A DNA stretch of 61,718 nucleotides, filler included, from Choristocarpus tenellus KU-1152 (Eukaryota; Protista; Phaeophyceae): assembly GCA_964200185.2 (NCBI GenBank). It is 12 parts of 12 records of this genome, joined end to end, with 100 filler letters (N's around TTAATTAATTAA, not from the genome) between each part and the next. Parts side by side here need not be neighbours in the genome. Positions count along the whole stretch, not along the records: positions 11,555 to 20,766 come from CAXNAD020003877.1; positions 20,867 to 24,183 come from CAXNAD020020848.1; positions 24,284 to 26,926 come from CAXNAD020026017.1; 9 more parts are not named here. The stretch is one strand, 5' to 3'. Below the pieces are notes generated by a model. The model had not been told where the DNA came from and made no database searches. It was given only the letters and a program-made list of their open reading frames with translations. This document shows, piece by piece, positions 11,555 through 24,413 of the stretch (positions are counted from its first letter, which is position 1; the number at the start of each line of letters is the position of its first letter). The translations under genes and the position numbers were made by a program.

Positions 11555-12270
11555 ACGACACTTTGTTTTATTTCGGCGCCCTCCAATGCTCATCTTTTGT
11601 TTCGAGGTCGTTCATTTCTGAGGCAGCAGCTGAGGATGGAGGAGGTTTGCTGCTGTATCACTGGGGGTCTTAGGTGTCACCGGAATCTTCCACCAGTTCT
11701 TCCTACAATCACGCTTCTGTTGTCCACTTTCAACTTCATTGCCCACACGCCTCTGCCCGGTGATCAATGCCTTCTCAGGCATCAAGAGCACCGGGCAACT
11801 GCTCAGGTGGATGTGGCTCACCCACTGTATGGCGTGGAAAGGACGGTCCGTAGCCACCAAAACAAAAGAAACCGTCCTTTCCCGTGTTTAGCGCCACGGC
11901 AGGGGGTAGGGTGGCGACATTCGCCGGTTCTGCACGAGCTGGCTGTTTGCCGCCTGGTGTGACAAGAGGATTGATGGGGCAGGATGGACGGGGCCTGCAC
12001 GGCAGGAGAAGGTGACACTTTCTTTTATTTCGGCTCCCGTCAAAGCTCATCTTTTGTTTCGAGGTCGTTCATTTCTGAGGCAGCAGCCGTGGATTGAGGA
12101 GATTTGCTGCTGTCTCGCTGGGGGTCGCTACCCCACGCCTCAGGTGTCACCAAAGTCTGCCATCCGTTCTTCCTACAATCCCGCTTCTGTTGTCCACTTT
12201 CACCCTCTGTGCCCACACGCCCCTGCCCGGTGACCAATGCCCTCGCAGGCATCAAGACCGCAGGGTAACT
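11555..12270. repeat. Tandem repeat with a period of about 457 bp (one full unit plus about 0.6 unit, cut by the contig start)
   Basis: gacacttt.ttttatttcggc...gctcatcttttgtttcgaggtcgttcatttctgaggcagcagc starts at 11557 and again at 12014. Confidence 0.85.
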
Positions 12271-12765
12271 TCGTTGGTGGTATGTTTTGATATGATGTGA
12301 TGATCTGTTTGCCTCTATGCTTTGACTCTGTATTGTGTAGTATCACCAAGACACGTTAATTTTTTTTATTTCGTTTCACTTAGCATTACTTGAACAAACA
12401 TCTTGCACTTGCTATAAGGACATCCTCTTTTGTAGCTAGGTCAGCACTGTAGAAAGAGAGGTTGTTGACAACAGTCTCTAGGTGTGACACACATAGGCAT
12501 AGTATGTGTCGCATGTGCTGCTGCAGATCTTGATTCTTCTTTTTGCGCTTGTTCTTTGTCTTTTGTTGTTCTTTCTACTTTCTTAATGAGGAATACTCTA
12601 TTTGTGGTTGAGTTTTTTGTTTTTACCGGTTGTCATTTTGCCCTCATAAGACACTAAGCTATTCTGTGTTTGGTTTACCTTATTATACACATCTGGATTC
12701 TATATATTCGGAATGTAATCATCCTCTGAAACCCTTCCTGTTTATGTGATAAACCTCTACTGAAA

Positions 12766-13111
12766 GAGTTAAAGTATCTGAGAGGGTACCAGTTTTTCCC
12801 TGTTTGTTCGTTTGGGGCTTGACTTCCCGTAGGTTTTTTATTACATTCTCCCACTACAATTTTTTTCGGAGTAGGTAAATTGTATGCATTATGAAAAGGT
12901 GGTACCAGAACAAGGATATTGGCACTTCCACATAAACACGATAGCCAGAATTACGTCAAAAACGCAACATCGGATTTTGGGCCGCAAATGGACGCAGCTC
13001 TACCCTCTAAGATAATTTGGCTCACATGATAGCGAAAATAACATCAAAATTGCAACATTGGATTTTGATCCCGAAATGGACGTGACTCTACCCTCCAAGA
13101 CACTTTGACTC
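12766..13111 (-). mobile_element. MITE family A (12766-13023) plus a duplicated terminal 88 bp (13024-13111)
   Basis: gagttaaagtatctgagagggta ... taccctctaagataatttggctc, then a second end, taccctccaagacactttgactc. Confidence 0.85.
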
Positions 13112-13139
13112 AAAGTATGCAATTCCATTTTTGAGAGTA

Positions 13140-13845
13140 CAAAGAAACATCCTCGAGTTCACATTATACATCTTGTGGTTAAGCATGCCATGTCTTCCAA
13201 TTCAACAGAATATTTTCACCAGTGCTTTACTGAACTATGGCACCCCTTCATCACAAGCTAGTCACTGTATACGAAAGTATAATACATTCAATTCTGGTTT
13301 CAACATTTTACGAGCCTCTCCAGGAGCCGTTGCACTGTCATCTATACCGAATGATCCACCTATTTACGTCACATCTACTTCATTCGATCCAGGGCAGGCG
13401 TGTTCGCTACCCTTCAGAGTTATCATGCGGACGTTGCCACGCCTTCCGGTCTATCCACCAAGATCCTACGCTTCGACAATGGTGGTGAGTACAAAGTGCA
13501 GAGTATAACCGCCTACTGTTCCCACCACGGCATCCGCCAAGATTTTTCCTACCCATACACGAGTCAAAGTATCTTAGAGAGTAGAGTCGTGTCCATATGG
13601 AGGCCAAAGTCCAATGTTGCGATTTTGATGCAATTTTGGCTATCGTATTTGTTAGGAGATGTCAATATCCTTGTTCCGGACACACCTTTTCATAACGTAT
13701 ACATTTCATATACTTTGAAACATTTTGGAATGGGTCAAATGTCATTCAAAACCCGTGGAACCCAAGCCCCAAATGGACAAATAGGGAAAAACTCGTACCC
13801 TCTGAGATACTTTCACTCATACCCCTCGAGATATTGGTGGGCCAG
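13140..13845 (+). mobile_element. Ty1/copia integrase relic interrupted by a MITE
   Basis: KILRFDNGGEYKVQSITAYCSHHGIRQDFSYPYT resumes as PRDIG once the MITE is removed, giving the copia pattern LRSDNGGEY...GI...PYTPQQNG. Confidence 0.8.
13561..13818 (+). mobile_element. MITE family A (258 bp)
   Basis: TIRs gagtcaaagtatcttagagagta / taccctctgagatactttcactc; flanks ACAC/ATAC. Confidence 0.9.
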
Positions 13846-14922
13846 TGTTGTTGCTCAAACCAAGAGTATCTATATTTTCGTTTATTTTGTGCAATGCCAA
13901 TATATTTCTTTTGGCAGGTGGCTCCCTTGTTTTCTCCAGTTCTAAATATTTTTTTCCAGCCTCTGTTTTTTGTCTGAACGTATTCTTTACTAATTGTATA
14001 TTGGTTTTGGTGCTATCTTTTATTCTATCACACATCAATATTTCCGCTTCATCCATAAAAATATTAATGAATCGCAGAATATTTGAAAGTTTCTTCAAAT
14101 GAGAAACGACCAAAACCTTCTTACCTCGCTTTTACTTTTTCTCTTTGTCCATTTTTTGTCGGAAACTGGTCATGAAGATCTTGAGCATCATCCAGAGCTG
14201 TCCAAAATCAATAATCAGGAACGGTGTAAGGGTCATAACCCAGTCTATCAAAGAGAAGGGCTTGGTCAAGCACTGCAAAATCTCTTTCATGCTCTATTTG
14301 CTCTTTCCCTCTACATAGAAGCTGTCGTCCGACTGGTTCGTCGATAAGAGAGTCCACATTTGGAATGGATCACACAGGAGTTTGACTGAAAAATCAACTG
14401 TCGCATTCATGGTGGGTTGAGATAGTAATAATTTTCTTTGTACATTGTTTCCTTTCTTTTTCAAGGCGTGAGCAAGGGAGCACACATTTTTATTACTCAA
14501 TGTTCCTTCGACAAGATGTGCTTCTATCTCAAGATGCTAAAGTTGTTGGGGATGGAATTGGAAAGTTCCAACCCCAAGGTGTCTGGCATCGCCAATATCC
14601 TGCAAAAGGTGAGTTTATTATTTTGTTTGTAGCCTGAGCTGTGAAGGTAGGTGGACATGGCCAGCTAGGTCAGTAGTTCCGAGTAGATAGAGCCGCATCC
14701 TAATTGTAGAGACGATGATAGGTAGGTAATACTCTAGTGGTCTATATAATCAAACTATTACATTATTTGTCTTCGTGATGGTGAAAGCAGGCATACATCA
14801 TGTAGTTGGAGGGCGTGATGCTGATCGAGGGATGATCAATCGGGGAAGCCAGAGAAGAAGTTGAAGGAGAGGCGGGAAGGAAGGTAGGCAGGCGAAAAGA
14901 CGTAATAAGAGACGTAAAGAAA

Positions 14923-15040
14923 AGAAACAGCACCAGGGCTCCCCTTGTTGTCCCCCACCGTAGTACTATCCCAGCCCGACACAGCTTCACTTCACAGAGC
15001 AAATGGGATGTGGTGCGATCTGCGTGGTATGACCGTTCCT
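14923..15040 (-). rRNA. 5S rRNA: 5S rRNA, brown-algal type; diverged solitary copy (gene variant or pseudogene)
   Basis: 118 nt, AGGAACGGTCATACCACGCAGATCGCACCACATCCC...GTGAAGTGAAGC...TAGTACTACGGTGGGGGAC...GCCCTGGTGCTGTTTCT. The terminal stem pairs, box A/C-like internal promoter elements are present, and a T4 run lies at the 3' end. Confidence 0.88.
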
Positions 15041-15894
15041 GACACCATATGTATCACCGACGCCTACATATTGGAGGTGGCTGCTGCTTATTAAATCAGC
15101 AGGTGATCCACTTTTTTTATCTCTCAGAGTGTTTGAGTGCCATAATTTTGTAGGTTTACAGAAATAGGGATGGCACCGTATGCCCTTATGGCCTCTTACA
15201 GGGGCACTCGTGAAGATGACGGACGAGCTCAGACTTGTGGCAACTAAAGGGGAGTCAGTGGACCCTGCTACAGTTAAAATCTTTAAGCGGATATAGTTCA
15301 AAAATATTTTGTGTGCTGCGAGTATGCATGCCGTGGCCACCCATGCTACTTGGGGAGATTGCGTGGTGTTGACTGAAGAGTTTTTTGAAGTACCGTGATG
15401 TGAAAAATATTAGGTGGAAGAAAATTAGCTTCACGTGTCTTGTCCTCCGTGTAACCTCACCCTTGCAACTGTTGTAAATACATTATATAATCGACATTCA
15501 TTGGTGGGTACACTTTTGATTGGGGTAGCCCTCGGTTACCTCTGGGAAGACTGGAAGTATCACAAAGTTGTATATATAGTCCTTCTCATCAAGAGGGCTC
15601 CGTTCCCCCTCCATCCTTCTCTCTAAAATATTAATAATGTTTATTTACATACCAGGCACTTCAGAACAATAAACCATACCTGGAAAATTGGGAGCAGGAT
15701 GCCAAGGACACGAAGGATATGGTGAGGCATTTGTCTCTTCTTTCACCACCTGCAGGCACTGATGAGACCCCAGGAGAGAATTGTGACCTCCCGCCTTTTA
15801 CAGAAGAGATGCACATGCACCCTACAACACCACCAGTATCCAGTCCTGCACTGCCAACAAGCAAGAAAGACGAAAGTGCCTACATCCCACTCTA

Positions 15895-16456
15895 CCTTAC
15901 TTGACAGGTAGATGAAATCATTGAAAATGGTGGGAGTGGATGAACAAATATTATTCCTCCATACCGTGCTTAGGCAAAGCATAAACTCTGTACATACTAG
16001 TGTAAATGGCTAGGTATGATTCGGAACAACATGCTCATCGGCCAAACTTACTTGACAGGTAGATGATGAGCCAAAGTATCTCAGAGGGTTGGGCCGCGTC
16101 CATTTAGGTTCCAAAATCTATTGTTGCGTTTTTGACGTAATTTTGGCTATCGTGTTTATTAGGATATGTCAATATCCTTGTTTCGGACACACCTTTTCAT
16201 AATGTACACATTTTACCTACTCCGAAATATTTTGGAGTAGGAAAAATTTCATTTTCAAAAACATAGGAAGCCATAGGCCAAATGGACAAACAGGGCAAAA
16301 CTCGTACCCTCTAAGATACCTTCACTCTGATATCAATGGAAATAGACGGGAGTTTATGTAATCATTATTTTTCCACCGTACCATGGTTTGGTCGAAGGAT
16401 GAACTCTGAACTTGTGTGTTAATTCAAATGACTAGATATGATTCGGAACAACATGC
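15895..16456. repeat. Tandem duplication of about 152 bp; the second unit is split by a MITE
   Basis: cttacttgacaggtagatga occurs at about 15896 and 16047; ctag.tatgattcggaacaacatgc occurs at about 16010 and 16432. Confidence 0.8.
16068..16327 (+). mobile_element. MITE family A with a perfect TGAT target-site duplication
   Basis: TGAT|gagccaaagtatctcagaggg ... ccctctaagataccttcactc|TGAT. Confidence 0.92.
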
Positions 16457-17289
16457 CCTCTTTCCTCTCACCACATGCCGGCTTGAGAGGGAAGATGCAT
16501 CCACCGTAGGTATCTCTTCGTATCAACAGTACTTATTTTGGGCATGACGGTTACTGTATGAAGAAGTTTGGCGGTTTTGGGATATACGATTCTCTTCTGC
16601 ACATGAATGAATATTCCCTTTAAAGTAGTGTAGGCTACCTAATTCTTTCCAAACAACTAGTGAACTGATTCGTGCTACATTTATGTACCTGACATGATGA
16701 AACAGGACACCTTTTGTCGAAAATGATTTAAGGATCGTGCTTATTCTTGTGTACACCATTTAATACTTTTTTGAGGAAACGAAGATTGTTCCCTAAGAAT
16801 TGGTGCCGATTTATATCTGGAATAGGCAGTCTGTACGGCTTTTTAAATGTAATTTACTATCTACATAGTGAAAGCTACGCCCTCTCTATCAGGTGCAAGT
16901 GCTCCCATTGCAACATGAAACAAGACTAAAACATGTATTTTCGCCCTGGCAGAGGAGGGAACAGTGATGAGAATTATTGGATGGCACAGTACGTTCACGA
17001 GCAAGGAGATTCCACCAGTCACTGCCACAGAAGCAGTCAAGGGTCCTGTATCTAGGGTTCAAGGGCAACAGAAAGGAAAACTGAAAGTTTCTGCATCGAG
17101 GGGAAGCGTAAAAGATCTTTTGGGCAAGGGCGGACAGAGAAGGAGGATGGTGACAATGCCTTTACCACAAAAGAGCCTGGTCCTCACAATGGAATGACTC
17201 TACCAGTCCAAGATCTGATGATTGGTACAAGGTAAAAATTGCGGGTGACACCCTGTAGTACAAAATTTTCATTAACGTCAGCACTCTCA

Positions 17290-17750
17290 ATAGTAAGATG
17301 ATACATACCGTGTATATTCAACTCCTTTAACCTCACTCAAACGACCTGCTGAGCACTCACCACCACTTCCCTCCCCTATCTTTTTACACTCAACATGAGA
17401 CACAGGGGGAGAAGCACTGTGTCTACATACAGGCATATTTCCTGTAATTTCAACCTCTCCAGACCAGTACTTTGAGGTCCTGAAAGTTGTGCATTTGACC
17501 TTGCTCATTTCCCGGTCTTGTCTCAAGGGCTCATGAGTCGCACGCTAGGAACAGTTGAAAGTCTAAAGCAATTCTTATACCCCTCTCTCCAAAAGCTGTA
17601 AGCAGTTGCTCTGCTTCTCCTGTCAACAGAGCGGATGTTCTGCACTGGATATTTCTCAGGCAATGCAATTTCTAGCATATGTTGGATTGCTTCTTGTGCC
17701 TGAAATCTATTTCTCTCCTTGACAGTATACAAATATTCGTATTGCATCCA
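17290..17750 (-). mobile_element. Ty1/copia integrase relic (second lineage)
   Basis: YLYTVKERNRFQAQEAIQHMLEIALPEKYPVQNIRS..., then RQDREMSKVKC...KYWSGE, follows copia integrase motif order. Decayed. Confidence 0.5.
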
Positions 17751-18229
17751 CTAGTGTTTGGTGTCAAGACTGGGGCTGCCTAATTCTCAAGTTGTGATGG
17801 CACATGTTCTTTCATAGATACTTCACCCACAAATTGTTAAAACATAGGTTGCTCGTGTGCTTTGTTCTTCATACGATAGAGTATCACCAGTCCATACTGA
17901 CTGTTGATTTGTATGTTGTTACTGGTCGTTACTTCCGCTTACATTATGAGCACCTCACAGTATCATCAATTACTGTCAGTACATCATGGTACATAGGAAG
18001 CATAGAACAGTCGCGACCTATCAGAAATACAGGCATAACATGTGTCATGTGAGTTACCACATATATTGATTCAAGATTGTATCTTTGTTTCTTTTTCTTC
18101 TTCATATCAGAGTCTCCACTTGTATATCGTATGTCGATTCTTTTTTTTTCTGGCTGGAATTGCCCCCTACTAAGATATCATACTCACTCTGCATTAAGTG
18201 TACCTAGTTCACACCTGCATGCAAAATAT

Positions 18230-18490
18230 TCAGAGTTAAAACATCGTCAGGAACCCTTCTTCTTCAAGGTGACAAGTCTCTACTCAGAGCATGCATTCCT
18301 TCCTTTAAGTGTCCCAAGGAATAGCCTAGGTTTCACATCAAACAACCTCTGATGGTACAAAGCATGTCATCAGGTTCATCAGAACAAATTCACCAGTGCT
18401 TTACTGCACTATGACATCCCTTCGTTACAAATCTGTCACTGCACTAGAAAGCACGATTCATTCGAATTCAGCTTTCCAACACTAATAAAA
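18230..18490 (+). mobile_element. Copia relic homologous to 13140-13310
   Basis: Shares ttcaccagtgctttactg.actatg.ca.cccttc and flanking similarity. Confidence 0.6.
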
Positions 18491-18498
18491 TACTAATA

Positions 18499-18760
18499 TA
18501 GTTTAAAGTATCTTAGAGGGTAGAGCCGCGTCCGTTTGGAGACCAAAATCCAATGTTGCGTTTTTGATGTAAGTTTGGCAATATCGTGTTTGTTAGGAAG
18601 TGTCAATATCTTTGTTCCGGTCACACCTTTTCATAACGTCTACATTTTACCTACCTGAAATATTTCGGAGTAGTAAAAATGTAGTAAAAAAACCCAAGGG
18701 AAGCCAAGCCCCGAGCGGACACACGGGGCAAAACTCCTACCCTCTAAGATACTTTCACTC
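18499..18760 (+). mobile_element. MITE family A
   Basis: aaagtatcttagagggtagag ... taccctctaagatactttcactc; flanks AATA/AACA. Confidence 0.9.
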
Positions 18761-21298
18761 AACACAAACTTTCAGTCACGTATCTCAAGCTGTTCCTAGT
18801 ATGTTTTTGAAGTGGTTGGCGTTATTGACGTGCACCTGCCATCTGCTACTACCACTTCCCACTACTTTCAAATTTGTCAGATCTTCTCAAGTCCAGAGAA
18901 ACGAACGTGATTGTGGAAACGCGTACCCCTTCCTCCAATTCAGTGCCCAACCCATCAGACGAGCATATCTGCATGTCGAGACCTTCCTTGTACACTGCTA
19001 GTGCCTGGTCATGCTCACCCTCCAAAGAGTTGATCCCCCAAACGATAAATGCGTTAACAGTATAGACTAGTCACAATTTTGCTGTAATTTAGGTATCACT
19101 CCAGAATCACCTGGTGGATTAGCAAAAGAAAAAAACCGGCTGATCGGACGATGTTGAGTTCGAATACGGAAAAGGACATGCGAGACATCAATCAGAAGGC
19201 TGCAAGGTCTCTCGCCAATAGGTAAAACAGGTTCTGTACTTTTTTTCACTTCTATTTCCTATAATGTTAATTTTTTTACTCTTCCTCACATGAAGTGTAT
19301 ATTCGTATTGTGTCCACTTTCTCAATTACAAATTTATCTCCTATACTTGTCCAGAAATGTAACCCCCATACACTCGCTCTTTAAACACAACTTACTACTC
19401 GATGCTCTCTTCTCAAACGGTACACTTCAATGAGGGAGAAAAATATGTTGACTAACGAAATCTTGGCCGTGGAGGCGGCCATTCTGTCCCACAGGAAGTT
19501 GGAGCTGTTTGCTATCAAAGCTGTCTCTCTTCCAGATCAAGATGTGCACATTCCATGTCACCATCTATCACCCCACACATGTAACCCGCTACAGATGCAG
19601 GAACCCACACCCGTCTAGGATGTCTCTCTCCCACTCTGAACTCTTTCACCAATTTAGATCCCACACCCCTCGGGAGCCTCTCGTGACATGGAGAAAGAGT
19701 CAGTGTGTAATGCAGACCAAGTGCGGTTCGACCTTCCTCGGTCAGCTCACAGTTCTTACCCTGACGCGGTAGGCTTTGTGCTGGGGATGACGGGCTGTGG
19801 GGGCTTGCCATGGGGGCCGTGAGAGTGTTGTGTGGCCCCGCGCCCCAGCAGGGAACATTCAAAAATATTATTATAATATGCCCCATTCTGTGTTCCATTC
19901 TTTCGGAACCATTTCAGAACAGAATACTCCTATTAATAGTTCATCAACGGTGTGCCTAACACATGCCATTTCGTAGAGTACTCGGCACTGAAGGATCAAA
20001 AAATAACAGCAAAACGTAAGAAGTAAATTAGCGAAAAGATTGCTGGCCACAAAGTCAGAGGATAGGCGACGCAAAACAAACGACACGTACAAAGAACAAC
20101 CCCCCCCCCCTCCCCCCCCCCCAAGAATCCTCCAAAGCCATAAAAAATGAAGACCTAGCCTCTAATATATATGGTGGGGACATCATAAGAACCTGGCAGG
20201 CTGGCAACAAGAAAATATAACAAAAACGAGCAGAGAGTGAGTACCTTTTCTCACTCTTCTGCTATCTTCTCGCCGCCATATCTACCCATCACACCAATAT
20301 ATGCAACACCTTTACATTGTCGCCCACCCCAATTTTCAACCAGCTGCGTGAAGCACAGAAACACAATATTGTTTCCAACTAACTGTGCACGACACACTAC
20401 ACAATTTCCTCCTTCAGATACAATGCAAGGCTAGACCCATTGAGAGATATACGGAATGGCAGGATGTGTAACATGTAATGAATGAGACCTCTCCAAGCAA
20501 TCCCACTAGTAGAGCTCTAGTTGCTACATATTGAGCAGAACTTCATTGCTTATGGTCGAAACAAAATGGAGGATCCGTCACTTGTCAACATGGGGGCAGG
20601 TATCCCAGGTAGTATCCACTATCACTTCTACTATTGTTGCCATGGCTGGGCAAAGAAAGAGAGGCACCCATCTGCTCAGCTGGAAGATTCACCTCTGCAA
20701 GGTAAGCTGCACCTGCGGTGGGTAGTGGATAGGGGTGAAAAATTAACACCCCCCAGAGATTTACAGNNNNNNNNNNNNNNNNNNNNNNNNNNNNNNNNNN
20801 NNNNNNNNNNTTAATTAATTAANNNNNNNNNNNNNNNNNNNNNNNNNNNNNNNNNNNNNNNNNNNNTTTTTGTGAGGTGTTTTGTTGATTATGAATTAAT
20901 TTTTATGTTTTTGGTTTTTTGGGGGGGGGGGGGGGGGGGAGGGGATGGAGTGGGTGTGTTATGGAGTGAGGTTCTTTGCTTGTAAATACTCTCCCACTTC
21001 TCGAAAGCTGGATTCAGACAGGACGTTTCATGTTTTTCCATGGTTCTCATATACCTGGCCATGGCTTCTGTTTCCCCCTTTTCTCACCGCCCACCCCTCT
21101 CCCTCGTATGTGTTCATTATGTGTGTTTAAAATGCAGTCATTGCATCATGGTCACGGAATACACACATCACTCCTCTGCCTTCGACTGCCAACAATCTTT
21201 CCACCTAACAGTATTCTGTTGTTTTTTTTCAATGAATATTGTATTGTTGTGTTTTTGCATAATAATAATATTATGGTGTGTGTGTGTGTGTGTATCAG

Positions 21299-22998
21299 GG
21301 GGGTCAAGCCCGGAAAGCTCTATCTGGCAGTGCAGTGTGGCAACAATAAAAGGAAGACACTGAAGGGAGAAAAGCAGGCTAACTTTGCGTGTGATGAGGT
21401 CTTCCACTTCCTCATCAAGGGAGCCCGGTCGTCCTTTGTGGAGGTGGTGCTGCGGAATGAGAATTTGATTGGGAACGATGGGGAGAGGGGTTCCTTCAAG
21501 GTGATGTTCCGGAGGAGGGAGGATTGGTTGTTGATGGTGTGGGTGATCTTAGTTTGCCTTGTGTCCACCTCCCACATCTCTGTTTGTGATTCCGATACAT
21601 CATCTCTTTACTTAGAAATGTTGTAGTGGTTTGTCTTCTTGTTTTTATTGGTTCTGCATTGTGTGTTGTGTGTGTGTTGTGTGTTGTGTGTTGTGTGTTG
21701 TGTGCATCACTCACACTATAGTAGTAGTATGTGGAGTGTGGAGTGTGTGGTACATGAGTTGTGGCCATGATGATGATCTGGGGGATGGAAGTTTGTGAAG
21801 TTATCGAGATGTGAAGGCCTTAAGTGGGATTGAATGAGGTCTGTTGGTGGGCAAGCTCCCTGAGGAAATATGTAGTTCGTTAGGCTTTTAACTTTTCACA
21901 CGGTGTGTATTAGAAAGAAATTAGAGTTAAGGTTGAGGTTAGTATTGAGGAGTTAGGAGGTTGATGCTACCGCATAACGTAGGGTACGGACAGGGTATAT
22001 CTATTCTGTTTCTGATTCCTTGTTGGTGAGCACATTTACCTCTCATACGTGTGTGTGTGTGTGTGTGTATCCCTCTATCATAGTGTCTCTTGAATTGTGA
22101 TAAGTGATAAGTGGACGGTGTAAGGTCAATGTCTGTAAATTGCGTTACTTTAGGGTGTGTACAGATGCTCTTTTTTGGTTACAGAAAGCAGGTGGGGGCT
22201 GAGGATGCTCAAGGACGAGGGAGAGAGGTTCTCGAAGGCTGGTTTGATCCGCCATAAAGAATCTTGTCTCCCTTGAGTCCACCGGCACAGTGCATCCTCC
22301 GCCCTCGTGTGGTTTCTGCACCAGTGGATGATGTGGATAGAACCAGCTTTTGAGAAGCTTCCCCCTTGTGTGCACTTTGTGCTAACAGGAGGTAAGGAAT
22401 ATACAAGGCATCCTTCTCGCTATTGAGAGGTCGTGTAGGCATGATCTTGTCGAAACATGTTTTTTTTTAAGTGGTTTGATTATTATTTGCAATTCATGTT
22501 GTATCAATGGAGGGGGGGGGGAGGTTAAGAGCATTTGTTTGTTTTACTGCTTTACTCTCCAAGGACGACCTTTGTGGTGTAATTGATGGTTGTCACCCAT
22601 TGCTACAGCGCTCTTTTTCTTGTGTAGTAAGAAGAGTACATTATTTTTTGTTCCGTACCATGTTCTTTTTTGGACTCAGAAGCTCGATTTGAAATGTGGG
22701 TTCTCATATGATGGTTTTTCGTTTGGTTTGAATGCACAACAGAAGGGCCAAGTGTCCCCAGAGGGTCTGACCACCGGCTCGGCCTCTTGCCCGTCAACTG
22801 ACCCTGTCGTATAAAAAATAATTTTAAAAAGTGAATCAGTTGGTGAGACTGCCGCCCTTGTGCTTTTGTCCTCCTTTACACTCAACTTACCTACTGATAG
22901 GTGAGGGTGGCTGAGGTGATTGCCAACGATGACGAGCTGGAAGATGAGTGGGTGTTGGGTGGGGATGACGTGCAGGGCTCTGTCAAAATGCGTTTCAG
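21299..22998 (+). CDS. C2-domain protein (synaptotagmin-like), internal exons 21299-21500 and 22901-22998, partial
   Basis: atcag|G...AAG|gtgatg and gatag|GTG...AG|gtgaga join in phase 0. The product GVKPGKLYLAVQCGNNKRKT...DEVFHFLI...VEVVLRNENLIGNDGERGSFK/VRVAEVI...EDEWVL...GSVKMRF has the C2 beta-strand pattern. Confidence 0.75.
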
Positions 22999-24019
22999 GT
23001 GAGAAACTTTGTGTGCGTGCGTAATGATGGTGGTTGGTGGTCCTTACTGTGTCCCTGCCGTGATGATGGGAGTGAAACCCGATCTGGATGATGCTTGAGA
23101 GTGGTCATGATGATGAGATCAGAAGGGGTTTCTTGATGTGGGCTATGAGGTTATGGGGAGTGCTGGTGTTTGTTTGTTGTCTATGCATGGTCTGAAATGA
23201 GTATGTTGGGCTGGTGTTATGGGGTGAAATAGTGGTATCATTTGTGGTAGTAGTAGTAGTAGACAATAGTAGAGTAAACGGAACATTTTTGGGAGGGTAG
23301 ATCCTTGCATTTGTTAGTATTGTTGCCTTTGTTGAATCGAAGGGGTTAGTTCGATTTGTTGGTGTAGTTAATTATTGGTGACCAGGAGTGAAATGAATTG
23401 ATCTAAGAGGTGGGTCGGCTTTGACCCTTTAGTGTTTCAAGACATTTTTTTTATTGTTTGTACAATCTATTTACACTATGTCCATACCCAGAATTCATGC
23501 AGTTAACCCAACCACCCTTGGAAGCTTGTGATCATAGATGAACAGATAGGCTGAGAATGCATTGTTGGCTGAAAGCATCCTCCACAGTTCTCAAAATAGT
23601 TCTACCACAAGACGTCATGGAGAGCCCTTAAGAATAGTCAACGCCTCTACTATTATCAACACGTTATCACTCAAAGTGCAAAGGCTGTAAAAAAGAAAAT
23701 TACAGCCACAGCTCTGGAAAATTCACAAATTTCCGTTGCCTTCCACCCATTGCTACTGATAAGAAACAGAAAAATTATCCCACGGATTTATTGAAGACAA
23801 TGTGAGGGACTGTCTTTTGTTGAAAATCACTTTAGGTTGTGTTGTTGAGGGGTGGAGAGTTATTTGCGGAGGAGACTCCTTCTTTGGTTCTCTTTCACCA
23901 CCCTAGTTTGACTATCGCAGTGAGTTGTAAAGTAGGAGGAGGCCTTTTTGACTCCGGAGTAGATACACTATAGCCTCTCCCCCTCTACTTGCTGTCCTTC
24001 CCCTTGTCGATCCTTCCAA

Positions 24020-24183
24020 GACTCAAAGTATCTGGGGGGGGTGGCAGCTGTCCATTTCGGGCCAATTTTTTCATGTCGCGATTTTTGGGTGATTTGGTTG
24101 CATACATCAGATGGATAATGTAAGTGTACGTTTCCTAGTTATGGTCCAAATGAACACCCTGGTGTAGACACCCACCGCTCAAA
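24020..24183 (+). mobile_element. MITE family C, nearly complete
   Basis: gactcaaagtatctgggggggg...ctgtccattt...ggataatgtaa...tccaaatgaacaccctggtgtag; the distal part matches 27027-27123. Confidence 0.8.
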
Positions 24184-24283
24184 NNNNNNNNNNNNNNNNN
24201 NNNNNNNNNNNNNNNNNNNNNNNNNNNTTAATTAATTAANNNNNNNNNNNNNNNNNNNNNNNNNNNNNNNNNNNNNNNNNNNN

Positions 24284-24323
24284 CTGACTGGACAGTTGCC
24301 ACCCCCCCCAGATACTTTGAGCC
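24284..24323 (-). mobile_element. MITE family C terminus
   Basis: ggacagttgccacccccccagatactttgagcc is the reverse complement of the family C left end. Confidence 0.7.
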
Positions 24324-24413
24324 TGAGTATGACTATACAGGTCTCTGCATGGCCCTGCGCAGTCCCTGTTGTCCTGAAGACTACCCAACATATAGACATC
24401 TACATAGGTTTTA

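Noticed and set aside
13400-13945. 181-aa ORF as a gene
   Set aside because: It is a chance read-through from the copia integrase relic into MITE sequence.
20976-21626. 216-aa ORF as a single-exon gene
   Set aside because: Only 21299-21500 is exon-like; the flanks are intronic (TG repeats, poly-T).
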